Below are positions 1 to 9,343 of a stretch of DNA of 21,027 nt, one piece after another. Made by a program: the position numbers and the translations under genes. Positions within the stretch are counted from its first letter, which is position 1, and each line of letters starts with the position of its first letter. The notes under the pieces are model-generated. The model did not search any database. It had not been told where the DNA came from and saw only the letters and a program-made list of their open reading frames with translations. Source of the DNA: an uncultured bacterium (GTDB taxonomy: Bacteria; Acidobacteriota; Thermoanaerobaculia; Multivoradales; JAHZIX01). The stretch spans positions 1 through 21,027 of the forward strand of contig CBDUPA010000041.1 in assembly GCA_965368975.1 (NCBI GenBank), in the 5' to 3' direction.

Positions 1-2
1 TG

Positions 3-158
3 AGGCCATACCTACTGGTGGACAACATCGAAGCGGCTCTCACCGCAGCGGTAGAAGCTGGCGGTGAGGTTGCCCATCCTCCGCTGGAGATACCCGGTCA
101 TGGCACCTTTGCCATCTACATCCACGGCGGCATCCAACATGGCCTATGGCAGTTGTAG
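3..158 (+). CDS. 3' end of a VOC/glyoxalase-like protein (truncated by window start)
   Basis: Frame 3 reads RPYLLVDNIEAALTAAVEAGGEVAHPPLEIPGHGTFAIYIHGGIQHGLWQL*, matching the Y-x-x-V-D-(D/N)-I...GG...P..IPG.G.FA pattern of VOC-fold C-termini. Not in the ORF track because it has no start in the window. Confidence 0.75.
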   Translation, partial: RPYLLVDNIEAALTAAVEAGGEVAHPPLEIPGHGTFAIYIHGGIQHGLWQL

Positions 159-301
159 GAGCGCACCGATGGGCAGCATTCAGCGTGGCTGTTGCACCAA
201 ATTGCATGCCAGCAGGCCCCGATGGAGGCCCGCACCACGGCTTGCCACTCAAGTGCTGAGCAGCTACAATAGTCTAAGTGTTGGGAACAAAGAGGTTGGA
301 C

Positions 302-353
302 TGGAGCCGACGACCGGGTTTGAACCGGTGACCTGCTGATTACGAATCAGCTG
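302..353 (-). tRNA. 3' fragment of tRNA-Thr(CGT), probable att site duplication; not an intact tRNA
   Basis: Reverse complement is CAGCTGATTCGTAATCAGCAGGTCACCGGTTCAAACCCGGTCGTCGGCTCCA: anticodon stem-loop with CGT, T-arm GGTTCAAACC, acceptor 3' strand and CCA. Similarity stops at 353, with no D-arm or 5' acceptor strand. Confidence 0.9.
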
Positions 354-619
354 AGCAAGGTATTACATGGGATTTTTGCGGCCTGCAAGGGGATGCACAT
401 ATCACCACTAAGTACTGAAATGGCTTGACTTGAAGTGTTGCAGGAGCTGTTAGGAGGATACGTCAAGTTAATGTCCCTGAGGACCCGCGTTTGGACCCAA
501 CTGCCCCGAACAGGTCCCGCCTGGGATAGGCCAGTTGCGCCATTGATCGCAAGCTAAAACGCGGCACTGCGAGCACCTCACACCGGAGGCTTCCGTGGCC
601 CAGCTTTCGGGGTGCAGAT

Positions 620-705
620 CAACGGCTGCAAGGTTACAAACTGCTGGCAGATGCGTGCGAGGCGTGAAGTTTGTCGACCTTCTTCAACAACGGATCGCCG
701 CCTGA
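620..705 (+). pseudogene. Possible remnant of an IS256-family transposase C-terminus
   Basis: Reads QRLQGYKLLADA-(frameshift)-RGVKFVDLLQQRIAA*, resembling the RL.G...L..V..GVKF.DG...AA* tail I recall from IS256-type transposases. Short and frameshifted. Confidence 0.45.
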
Positions 706-866
706 GACTACTGAATACAAGACTTGCCCCCAATCCGGTCTAGCCGCTGCACGCTAGAGAAAGTCATAGGCCGAAGTCTCACCAGGGCTCGTAACGTCTG
801 TGATCTGTCCATCTCACCTTTTGTAAGCACAGATCCTGAGCAACAACATTGAGGAAGGAACCTGTC

Positions 867-1148
867 ATGAGCACAGTCAGAGTCGATTTCGCCGTCAAAC
901 CTGGAACCGATGTCAAGGCCTACTGGATCGCCGTCGGCAACCACGACGTTGACCTTACCAACGGTAAAGGCAGTATTTCCTTGCAAGCAGGCCGCGAAGC
1001 GGTGCTCATCTGGTGGTTCGAGGGCAACTCCGGTAGCAAGTTGGGCATCATCGGCAAGGTAGGCCAGCGCAGTGTCGTAGAAGTGAAAGAAAGCAAAATC
1101 CCGCCGGGCCATCTGGAAGGCGCCGGTAGAAAGCGGTTCATTCCCTGA
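867..1148 (+). CDS. Small hypothetical protein (93 aa), beta-rich
   Basis: ATG at 867 preceded by GAGGAAGGA. Protein-like sequence MSTVRVDFAVKPG...; first gene of a co-oriented four-gene run. Confidence 0.7.
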   Translation: MSTVRVDFAVKPGTDVKAYWIAVGNHDVDLTNGKGSISLQAGREAVLIWWFEGNSGSKLGIIGKVGQRSVVEVKESKIPPGHLEGAGRKRFIP

Positions 1149-1188
1149 GTCGCCCGACAGACCAAACCCAATACAAAAGGGATCAACC

Positions 1189-2274
1189 ATGAGAGGACGA
1201 AACTTTACATTCACTGCCTTACTGCTCTGCATCTTATTACTAACCATACCTTCCGCACTGGGCGCAGAAGACCAGCTGCGCGGAATGCGCGAAGAGACCA
1301 TAGAGAGCGTTGGCAGTAGTACGATCGATCAACCGCTCTCCAGCCTGCAGAATGAGATCGAGATCACGGCGACCCAGGACGCGAGCCGGGCATCATTGCG
1401 AACCATTCTTGGCCACTCGTCCGGTAGCCAGGGAAGATTGTTCTCTTCTTATAGCAGTTGGAGCCTGATCGCTTCGGCTCCACTCGACAAGAAAAAGGCC
1501 GAGACCGAACTCGCCAATCTGGATGGCTTTGCCAACGCATTCAAAGCGACGCTGAATTTCACGCAGTTCTTGATCACTCTGAAAAATCCCTATTGCGACC
1601 CGGAGTTGGAACGCATCTGCAAGGAGATGAAAGACATGGCTCGCCAGCTTGGACTATCGGAAGAGCAAGTGAAGGATATGGGATGTGATCTTGGAAACAT
1701 CGCCGAGTATCTGCCGCGGCGGCTCAACGATTTTAAGGCACTGTTCTGGGACATTGAGAAAGCTAAGCAGTTCTGGGGAGCCGAAGTCAGCGTCGGACAC
1801 GAGAGTTTCAAGTACCTGAACGCCTCGGACCTGAGCGAAGCGCGTCAGGATGAAGTCCCTTGGTCAGGCAAGGTCTTCTACGCCTTTATTCCACCCCGGA
1901 CAGCTTCCTTGATCACCGTCGGTGCCGAATATCGGCATGCCTTCAAGGGCACTGACCAAGTAACAGTGTGTCCGCCGCCCAGCGGTGACACGCCTATCGA
2001 GTGTGAGACGGGCCCACTGGGCGCTCCTGACGAGCGTGAACAGCACTTGCTCTCGGTCAGCTGGCGCACCTTGTTCTGGCAGAAGAAGTACGGACTTTCG
2101 GTGCAGGCAACCTACGACTTCAATGCTGACAACTTGATCCTGGACCTCCCCATTTACCTGCTTCGCGGCAGCGAAAATGAAGTCAATGGTGGCATACGTT
2201 TCGGCTGGAGCGAGGACGACAACGATCTTGAGGTCGGTGTGTTCGTGGGCAAAGCCCTGAAGATCTTTAATTGA
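1189..2274 (+). CDS. Exported hypothetical protein, possibly outer-membrane beta-strand-rich
   Basis: 361-aa ORF with N-terminal signal peptide (MRGRNFTFTALLLCILLLTIPSALG/AE), alternating amphipathic strands in the C-terminal half ending ...VGVFVGKALKIFN, and a Cys-paired loop TVCPPPSGDTPIEC. Confidence 0.8.
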   Translation: MRGRNFTFTALLLCILLLTIPSALGAEDQLRGMREETIESVGSSTIDQPLSSLQNEIEITATQDASRASLRTILGHSSGSQGRLFSSYSSWSLIASAPLDKKKAETELANLDGFANAFKATLNFTQFLITLKNPYCDPELERICKEMKDMARQLGLSEEQVKDMGCDLGNIAEYLPRRLNDFKALFWDIEKAKQFWGAEVSVGHESFKYLNASDLSEARQDEVPWSGKVFYAFIPPRTASLITVGAEYRHAFKGTDQVTVCPPPSGDTPIECETGPLGAPDEREQHLLSVSWRTLFWQKKYGLSVQATYDFNADNLILDLPIYLLRGSENEVNGGIRFGWSEDDNDLEVGVFVGKALKIFN

Positions 2275-2334
2275 GCCCGACAACCGTGCAACACCCGGAC
2301 AGAAATCCAAAACATTCCCGAACCTAGAAAGGCA

Positions 2335-3405
2335 ATGACCATGCGTCCTCCTCGCCATTCTCGCTCCTACAGCGCGACGATCTCTACGCTCCTCGGCCTG
2401 CTCCTTGCCAGTTCGGTCGCACTCTCGCAAGAACCCACCAGCTCAGCAGCAATTAACACAGCGGCAGCCGGCACAGCAAGACAAAAGCCAAGCTCCCTCA
2501 CACTGCCGCAGAACCTAACCTGGCGCGGCAGTCGAGTCTCGCCCTGGAGTTCCTTCTCCGGAAAGTTCAAGATCCCTGTGCGCTCAGTGACATCGCTACG
2601 AGACCTTAGAGTGAGCGCCTACGGTCCTTACCTCGTCCTACCCCAGGATGAGCCGGCACTCCAGCCCATGGAATACAGGCCCCCCCTGGAAGTCCTCGAT
2701 AGTAATGGCATCAGCCCCCCCCAGGGCACGTTCGAGATCCCTGCCGGACAAGAAGTACTCTTACAGTTGCAACTAGCTGACTTCTCAAAGTCCGGGAGCA
2801 TCCAGTTCGATCTCGTCCTGGACCCTCAGAATGGCGAACCCCTGGTGAACAGGACGGTCTCCTTGCTAGTCAAGGACCATCCATGGTTCCCCCTTTGCTG
2901 CATTCTTGCCGGGGTTCTGCTGACAGCCTTTGTCCGATACAGAGCTCAAACACTGCCCCGGGAGGCGAATCGCCAACGCATTACAGCGTACCGGCAGCAA
3001 AGCCTCTCAAGAGAGGCTCCTGATATCCGGCTACGACTGCAACAAGCAGAACATCGTAACGAGATCGCATTGAATGCCCTTTCCGTGGATCGAGAATTGG
3101 ATCAAATCGACCAAGAGCTTCCCGGAAGCCGAGAGATTTCGGCTCAGGAAGAGGCTCCAAGACAGCTGCCCCCGGAAGTAGACAATAAGGTGACTCGCAG
3201 GGAAATACTGCTGGTTCTCTTCTCGTCCACGATCGCCATCTTGGTCGGCCTGGAAGTGCTGTACCTCCAGGCGAGAACTTTCGGCACCTTCTCGAACTAC
3301 CTCACTGCCTTTCTGTGGGGAGCAGGCTTCGACACCACCCTACGTGGATTCGGCGGCGCACTGAACCTGATCACGACCCTAACGGCCAAGAGAACCAGCG
3401 GATAG
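2335..3405 (+). CDS. Hypothetical membrane protein (signal peptide, extracytoplasmic beta domain, TM segments)
   Basis: 356-aa ORF with a signal peptide ending ...SSVALS/QE, a TM segment HPWFPLCCILAGVLLTAFV, a helical linker, and a C-terminal hydrophobic hairpin with GLEVLY...TFG...YLTAFLWGAGFD. Confidence 0.8.
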   Translation: MTMRPPRHSRSYSATISTLLGLLLASSVALSQEPTSSAAINTAAAGTARQKPSSLTLPQNLTWRGSRVSPWSSFSGKFKIPVRSVTSLRDLRVSAYGPYLVLPQDEPALQPMEYRPPLEVLDSNGISPPQGTFEIPAGQEVLLQLQLADFSKSGSIQFDLVLDPQNGEPLVNRTVSLLVKDHPWFPLCCILAGVLLTAFVRYRAQTLPREANRQRITAYRQQSLSREAPDIRLRLQQAEHRNEIALNALSVDRELDQIDQELPGSREISAQEEAPRQLPPEVDNKVTRREILLVLFSSTIAILVGLEVLYLQARTFGTFSNYLTAFLWGAGFDTTLRGFGGALNLITTLTAKRTSG

Positions 3406-3426
3406 ATCCGTTGCCGGAGACACGAC

Positions 3427-6400
3427 ATGAAACCGACGCAAGCCATGCTGCGCTACCCAGCGCTATCCGCGACCCACATCGCCTTTGTCCACGCCGGTGA
3501 TATCTGGCTAGCGGATCGACAGAAAGCTGAGAAGAGAAATGAAAAGATTCAACTTCGGGCCTGGCGCCTGACCTCGGCCAAGGGTGAGGAACGGTTTCCC
3601 CGCTTCTCCCCCGACGGCGGACAGATCGTGTTCAGCGCCAACTATGACGGCAATGTCGACCTCTACGTTATGCCAGTCGACGGCAGCGCCTCACCGCGTC
3701 GCCTCACCCACCATCCGCACCGCGACCGCATGCTCGACTGGTATCCAGACGGCGAGCACCTACTCTTCGCCTCCACCCTCGACACGGAGCTACGCGGCTT
3801 CCGCCGCCTCTACAAAGTACCCGTAGCGGGCGGAGTGCCCGAACCCTTACCGATCCCATTCGCCGAGTTCGCATCGGTCCATCCAGACGGCGAGACGATC
3901 GCCTTCCAACCTACCACTCGGGACTTCCTGGGTACGTCACGCTGGCCCGGATATCGAGGAGGCAAGTCTCCGGACATCTGGCTCCGCCAAGCTGACGAGA
4001 AAGACCAACCGTTCGTGCGCCTCACCGGTCAGCAAGGCAACGAGGCTTGCCCGATCTGGCATCCGGACGGGAAAGCGATCTACTACCTCTCAGACCAGCA
4101 GGAAGAGCACGAGCAGGAAGAGCACGAGCAGGAAGAGCCCAAGAAGGAAAATTCATGTAAGCAGCAGCATGAAGCCCCCCCTTACTACAGTCTGTGGAAG
4201 CGCAAGGCGCAGGTAGGGGCTTCCGGGACTCGACTGACCCATTTCGAGAAATTCGATGTCCGCCATCCCGACATAGCGGAGGTTGAGATCATTTTCGAGC
4301 ATGACGGCACCCTCTATCTGTTCAACCTCGAGAGAGAGAGCCAGACCGAGATCGAAGTCTATCTGCTTAGCGACCGGTCGATGCGTAGGCCGCGCAGTGT
4401 TTCCGTGGGTGATGCCATCCGCAACTTTGACCTCTCCCCCAGCGGCCGTCGCGCTGTCTTCGAAGCACGGGGCGACATCTTCACAGTTCCACGAAAGCAC
4501 GGCATCCAGCGTAATCTGACGCGCTTGAACTGCGCTCATCGCTACCCAGCCTGGTCACCGGACGGCCAGTGGATCGCTTTTTGGAGTGACCGTGACACTG
4601 AGCCCGACCAAGGCAGTGACGACATTGAGACCAGCCAGGACACAGAGCCAGAGTATCAACTCTATCTGCAAGGTACTCAAGGCGGAAAGCCTCAGAAGAT
4701 TGGCCATTTGTTCGAGGAAGGCTTCCGGTACCGACCCTTTTGGTGTCCGCGTAGCCAGAGGCTGGCCTTCATCGACTCCCAACAGAAGTTGTACTACTGG
4801 GATATCGAGACGAGCACCTTGGTGCTGGTAGACGCTGACATCTACTGGATGTACCACTGGCATCTCGAACGGTTCACAATCTCCTGGTCTGCCAGCGGCC
4901 GCTGGCTCGCCTACGCACGCAAGGTCAATCCGCAACACTCGGCCATATTCCTGTTCGATACCAAGAACCGCCGACAGATCCAGTTGACCTCCGGCAGCTA
5001 CAACGACTTCCAGCCCACCTTCGATCGCGGTGGGCGTTTTCTCTACTTCCTCACCCAACGCAGCTTTCCCGTGGTCCGAAGCGACCTCGACTCCGAGAGT
5101 GAGTGGGTCGTCGCCAACTCGACACAGATCGCCGCTCTGCCGCTGCTCCCTCCGAGCGCGTATCCGCAGGCCTACCCGAACGAAGAAGACCCCACCTCGA
5201 TGCAGACTATGGTTACGCCAACCACGTGCGAGTGCTGGGATCTCGGCACACGGACAGAGGCGGATGGTGATGAAACACCAAGGTCTGCCAACAGTAGCCC
5301 CGAGTACATGCTGCAGTTGCTCGATGTCCCGGCTGGAAGGTATGAGCGGCTGCAAGGCCACCATGGGCAGGTCTTCTACCTGCGCAAGGCCAACCAAGGC
5401 GCCACCGACAGGTTCAACGACCTAATGTGCTATCAGCACTACCAGCAGCAGGAGGACCGTAGATTGGTCTGGATCAACCAGCAACACTCCATCTACGAAG
5501 GCGCCACGGACTTTGTCCTCCAACCGCATGCCGCCACGGCCGGGACCAGTAGAGTACCGTTGCGGCTGCTCGTGCGCGACCAGAAAGACGGCTTCTCCAT
5601 CCTGCAACTCTCTGTCAGTCTAAAGTTGCCGGCCGAGTCCTGGAAACTGGGAACCGACAGGCTGATCAAGGATGTGGACCCGCCGAAGGAATGGCGTCAG
5701 ATGCTTCACGAAGCGTGGCGTCTGGTGCGCGACTACTTCCCGGACCAGAACCTGCCAGACCGAATCGGCTGGCCAAAGCTGCGCGGCGAATACGTCCAGC
5801 ATCTCAACCGCGTCGCCAGCCGATGGGACCTCGACTATCTAATCGCGGACCTACTTGGCCACATCGGGCTATCTCATTTCAGCAGGCGTCATGGCGACTT
5901 CGAGGTCACCGAGAAGCAGACAGTTGGGATGCTCGGTGCCGACTTCGCAGCCGAAATCAAACCAGACGGGAAGCGTGGTGTGGGCATCCGGCGTATCCTG
6001 GACGGCGGCGAGGCGCACTGCGAAGTGCGCTCGCCTCTCGGCCGCGCTGGCGTGCGAGCAGGCGAGTTCCTACTGGCCATCAACGACATCACTCTCTCCG
6101 AGTCTGAGAACCCTTGGCAAGTCCTCCAAGGCCAGGACGGCAGGACCGTTCTGCTACGGGTCAGTCCTGACGGTTCCGTAGGACAAGCCCGAACGGTCAG
6201 GGTCAAGACGCTGAACCTCCGGCAGGAGATGCGCCTGCGACAACTGGCCTGGATCGAGAAGAGACGTTCTCGGGTAGACACAGAAACAAGCGGACGAGTG
6301 TCGTATATCCATCTTTCCGATACCGGCTCCAACGGCCAGCTAGAGTTCCTGCGTCAGTTGCGACCGCAAGCCCACCGTGAAGGACTGATTCTCGACAACC

Positions 6401-6915
6401 GCTTCAACCAGGGAGGGAACTATCCCGATCCTCTGATCGAGATCCTCAGTCGCCGGCAGTTCGTCCAACTCCAGTTGCGAGCAGGTGAATCCAGCAGCAT
6501 CCCCCCCCTCAGCCTGCCTCCGAAGCAAGTCATGTTGGTCAACGGTTGGACGGGTTCTAATGGCGAGCTGTTAGCTCACCTGTTCCAAGAATCGACTCCT
6601 CCGGCGAGTGCCAACAAGACTTCGAGCGTCGTAGTCGCGGCTGAGCGCAAGCTGGTCGGATCTCCGACGCTGGGTGGCCTGCTCGGGGTGAGCGGCACGC
6701 CAACGCTGATCGACAGTGGAGCTGTCAGTGTGCCGGATCAGATCGTACTCTCCCACACGGGTGAATGGCTGATCGAAGGTCAACCGGTAGAGCCCAATCC
6801 GGCTGAAGAGGCTGACTTCGCGAGACTCGCGAGAGATACGGAAGATTGTGACAATCAGCTGGAACGCGCCATCGAAGAGATCCTAGCGATGCTCCCACCA
6901 CAGAAAGATCAGTAG
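3427..6915 (+). CDS. Tricorn protease homolog (peptidase S41 family)
   Basis: 1162 aa with PD40/beta-propeller repeats (PRFSPDG, PAWSPDG, PTFDRGG), C1 domain EWRQMLHEAWRLVRDYF, His motif GLSH, PDZ region VGMLGADF...RSPL, DNRFNQGG, nucleophile motif NGWTGSNGE and IEGQPVEP. No signal peptide is visible. Confidence 0.93.
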   Translation: MKPTQAMLRYPALSATHIAFVHAGDIWLADRQKAEKRNEKIQLRAWRLTSAKGEERFPRFSPDGGQIVFSANYDGNVDLYVMPVDGSASPRRLTHHPHRDRMLDWYPDGEHLLFASTLDTELRGFRRLYKVPVAGGVPEPLPIPFAEFASVHPDGETIAFQPTTRDFLGTSRWPGYRGGKSPDIWLRQADEKDQPFVRLTGQQGNEACPIWHPDGKAIYYLSDQQEEHEQEEHEQEEPKKENSCKQQHEAPPYYSLWKRKAQVGASGTRLTHFEKFDVRHPDIAEVEIIFEHDGTLYLFNLERESQTEIEVYLLSDRSMRRPRSVSVGDAIRNFDLSPSGRRAVFEARGDIFTVPRKHGIQRNLTRLNCAHRYPAWSPDGQWIAFWSDRDTEPDQGSDDIETSQDTEPEYQLYLQGTQGGKPQKIGHLFEEGFRYRPFWCPRSQRLAFIDSQQKLYYWDIETSTLVLVDADIYWMYHWHLERFTISWSASGRWLAYARKVNPQHSAIFLFDTKNRRQIQLTSGSYNDFQPTFDRGGRFLYFLTQRSFPVVRSDLDSESEWVVANSTQIAALPLLPPSAYPQAYPNEEDPTSMQTMVTPTTCECWDLGTRTEADGDETPRSANSSPEYMLQLLDVPAGRYERLQGHHGQVFYLRKANQGATDRFNDLMCYQHYQQQEDRRLVWINQQHSIYEGATDFVLQPHAATAGTSRVPLRLLVRDQKDGFSILQLSVSLKLPAESWKLGTDRLIKDVDPPKEWRQMLHEAWRLVRDYFPDQNLPDRIGWPKLRGEYVQHLNRVASRWDLDYLIADLLGHIGLSHFSRRHGDFEVTEKQTVGMLGADFAAEIKPDGKRGVGIRRILDGGEAHCEVRSPLGRAGVRAGEFLLAINDITLSESENPWQVLQGQDGRTVLLRVSPDGSVGQARTVRVKTLNLRQEMRLRQLAWIEKRRSRVDTETSGRVSYIHLSDTGSNGQLEFLRQLRPQAHREGLILDNRFNQGGNYPDPLIEILSRRQFVQLQLRAGESSSIPPLSLPPKQVMLVNGWTGSNGELLAHLFQESTPPASANKTSSVVVAAERKLVGSPTLGGLLGVSGTPTLIDSGAVSVPDQIVLSHTGEWLIEGQPVEPNPAEEADFARLARDTEDCDNQLERAIEEILAMLPPQKDQ
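4097..4138 (+). repeat. In-frame 15-bp tandem repeat (AGCAGGAAGAGCACG x2.8) encoding QEEHE repeats in the tricorn gene
   Basis: Units start at 4097, 4112 and 4127; read directly from the sequence. Confidence 0.9.
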
Positions 6916-6923
6916 TTCCGTTG

Positions 6924-6952
6924 GGCCGGCATCGCGAGACTCGATGCCGGCC
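6924..6952. terminator. Hairpin between convergent genes, probable bidirectional terminator
   Basis: GGCCGGCATCG-cgagact-CGATGCCGGCC, a perfect 11-bp stem in the 43-bp gap between stops at 6915 and 6959. No strong U-tract. Confidence 0.7.
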
Positions 6953-6958
6953 TTGCTC

Positions 6959-9343
6959 TCAACTCCAATCTTCCTCTTCAAAGCACGGAAAGACCGAGCC
7001 GGCCGGATGCTCAAGATCCGCCGCCAGTACCGGCAAGATCAAGGCGCCCTTGAACAGGCTGTAGGGCCGCTCCGGATCGAAGACGGCTGTCGCCGAGCGG
7101 CACGCCAGATCCTCGGCTCGTCTCAGCCACAGCGTCGTTCCGCTACGGCGGTAGAGATGTATCAACGCATAGGCCCGACCGGCCAGACCGCAGCACAAGT
7201 TTGCCACGGTCTCCGGATGGTGCCAGGTGTCTAGGGCGGCACCTTCGACGAAATCATCGTAGCGCGGCTCTCCGAGTACGCGGGCAGCTAAGCTCCAAAG
7301 AAAGACGAAACCGCCGCTGCCGTGGCACCAACCGGCCATCGAGGGTTCTTCGGTCGCCGCGCTACCCAAGCTGCGGCCCGGCATCCGACAAGGCCACCGT
7401 AGGCCCTGTCCCCACGGTCGTGCCAGGGTTCGCAGCTGTTCCAGGCGTGCCCGTAGTCCTTGCGGTGGTGCCGTGTCGGAAGCTCGGCACCACTGTAGTA
7501 CGGCGTAGAGCTGCCCTGCCCAACCATGAGCGATGCCAGGAGAATCCGGAGACGTCAACACTGTCGGCGGCTGCGCTTCCAGCCTCTTCCACAACGCGGT
7601 CAGCAGTCCCTCGCCGTGCCGGCTCAGTTGCTGATGCGGGTCGGAGCCTGCGGGCACCAGGTCGAGCAAACGAGCGCAACCGAGCAAGGGCCCCGCCGCG
7701 CCGAGGGTCAGATCGAGGGCTTCGCACGACGCGCTCGTGGCCAGCACAAAGGCCTGGATCGCCTCATCTCGGCTCAGTTCGTCGCTCCGTGCATGGGCGA
7801 TCTGCGCCTGCACCATGAAGACGCCGCTGGCGCAGTGGTAGGGACTGACCTCACCCACCAACTCACGCGTCAATTCCATCTTCTCTTCGTACAGCGCCGT
7901 GTCCCCGGTCCGTAGTTCGCTCCGCGCGCGACAGCCCCAGATATCAGCCAACTCCAGGAGTTCGGGATCATCACGTTGACACGCGATGCGATAGAGCGCG
8001 TAGGCAACCCCGGCTGCACCGTAGCAAACAGACGCCCTAGGCGATGGTAAACCCTCGCGCAGCCAGGCACCGTCGCCTGCCGCCTGGGCTAGCAGATCGG
8101 CGGTCAGTCTCGAGGATATGCCTCCTCCCGAACTTACAGCGCCTGAAGGTGCGGAAGCATCAGAAACCTGGGGCACCGTGATTTCGCGCAACGCCGCCAC
8201 CAGCTCGCCCATGGAAGCGAATCGATCTTCGGGATCTTTCGCCAGAGCACGATGCAGAACAGCTTCCAGCTCTGGCCACGGCGGTAGGCCCCGTGCTGCA
8301 AAGGGTAACGGCTGCTCTTTCAGGATCTGGTGCAGTAATCGCTCCCACTCGATCTCAAAGTCCAGATAGTAGCATTCGGTCACTATCCGGTAGAGCATGG
8401 CCGCGACGGAGAACTGTTCGCCAGCGGTACTTCCAGGGCTCGAGATTCCCGCCAGCAAACCCTGGGCGCGTTCCGGCTCGAAGTAGAAAGGGACGCCCGC
8501 ATTCCCTGTTTCCGGCTCGCCCCTGTCAAGCTGAACAGCGAGACCGAAGTCCACCAGCCGGACGCTACCATCTGCGGCCACCAGCACGTTGCCCGGATGC
8601 ACATCCCGGTGTAACACACCTTGTGCGTGCAGCTGTGCATACGCCTCGGCCACCGCAAGGCAGAGAGCTAGCAGCTCCAACTTTGAGGCACCATCCCACC
8701 GAGCGCGCCACTCCGACCCCGCACTAACGGGGTCAATGCCCGGACACCACTCCAACTCTAGATACGGAGTGCCTTCAACCTCGCCACGACCGAGTACAGC
8801 CGGTACAAACCTACCCGCGAGACGTTCCAAAACCTCCGCTTCCCGCTCCGTGGAACCCACCACAGTCTGGGCCTGCTGTCGCAGGAACTTGAGCACGGAG
8901 ATGTGTCCGTCCGGGCGGCGCACTTGATGCAACTCGGAGTCCTCCATGACTCGCAGAGGCGCCAGCACAGTGCAGCCGTCGACATCGTCGCCGGGATGCA
9001 AGCCCAGCTCCCGCGGTGCCTCAGCGTCCTGGTCGCGTAGCAGGCCGATCTGGTAGAACTTCGTAACCACGGGCCAGACACCGGTCAACACCTGCTGCGG
9101 GTCGAGCTTGCGCGGCAAGCTGTAGAGAATGACCGCTTCGGTCAGGGTACAGGGGCGGCGAAAGCGGTCGAGCAAGCCGGCGGTATCCGTATCGACAACC
9201 GTCGACGAGATGCGAGCGTTGGGGCTGGAAACGGCAAAGTCGCTCTCCTCACAGTCGATCCTGTCTCTCAGCGCGCCGGAGAGCTGAGCAACGGGCGTCA
9301 AGCGGACTTCGGAGGGCAGAATCAAACGGGTTGCGATGTCCAT
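6959..9343 (-). CDS. Ser/Thr kinase - LanC-like lanthionine cyclase fusion with N-terminal RRE-like domain (LanL-like, lacking the lyase domain), 794 aa
   Basis: Start reassigned to ATG 9343 (GGAGG-tacc-ATG, MDIATRL...). Kinase motifs SVLK, EREAEVL, HRDVHPGN, DFG, YFEPE. LanC GxxG-loop motifs YGAAG, DLTLGAAG, GIAHGWAG, GWCHGSGG, LCCGLAG, SLFKG. Confidence 0.9.
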   Translation of the reverse strand: MDIATRLILPSEVRLTPVAQLSGALRDRIDCEESDFAVSSPNARISSTVVDTDTAGLLDRFRRPCTLTEAVILYSLPRKLDPQQVLTGVWPVVTKFYQIGLLRDQDAEAPRELGLHPGDDVDGCTVLAPLRVMEDSELHQVRRPDGHISVLKFLRQQAQTVVGSTEREAEVLERLAGRFVPAVLGRGEVEGTPYLELEWCPGIDPVSAGSEWRARWDGASKLELLALCLAVAEAYAQLHAQGVLHRDVHPGNVLVAADGSVRLVDFGLAVQLDRGEPETGNAGVPFYFEPERAQGLLAGISSPGSTAGEQFSVAAMLYRIVTECYYLDFEIEWERLLHQILKEQPLPFAARGLPPWPELEAVLHRALAKDPEDRFASMGELVAALREITVPQVSDASAPSGAVSSGGGISSRLTADLLAQAAGDGAWLREGLPSPRASVCYGAAGVAYALYRIACQRDDPELLELADIWGCRARSELRTGDTALYEEKMELTRELVGEVSPYHCASGVFMVQAQIAHARSDELSRDEAIQAFVLATSASCEALDLTLGAAGPLLGCARLLDLVPAGSDPHQQLSRHGEGLLTALWKRLEAQPPTVLTSPDSPGIAHGWAGQLYAVLQWCRASDTAPPQGLRARLEQLRTLARPWGQGLRWPCRMPGRSLGSAATEEPSMAGWCHGSGGFVFLWSLAARVLGEPRYDDFVEGAALDTWHHPETVANLCCGLAGRAYALIHLYRRSGTTLWLRRAEDLACRSATAVFDPERPYSLFKGALILPVLAADLEHPAGSVFPCFEEEDWS

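Noticed and set aside
302-353. Intact tRNA-Thr gene
   Set aside because: D-arm and 5' acceptor strand are absent; only the 3' 52 nt match a tRNA.
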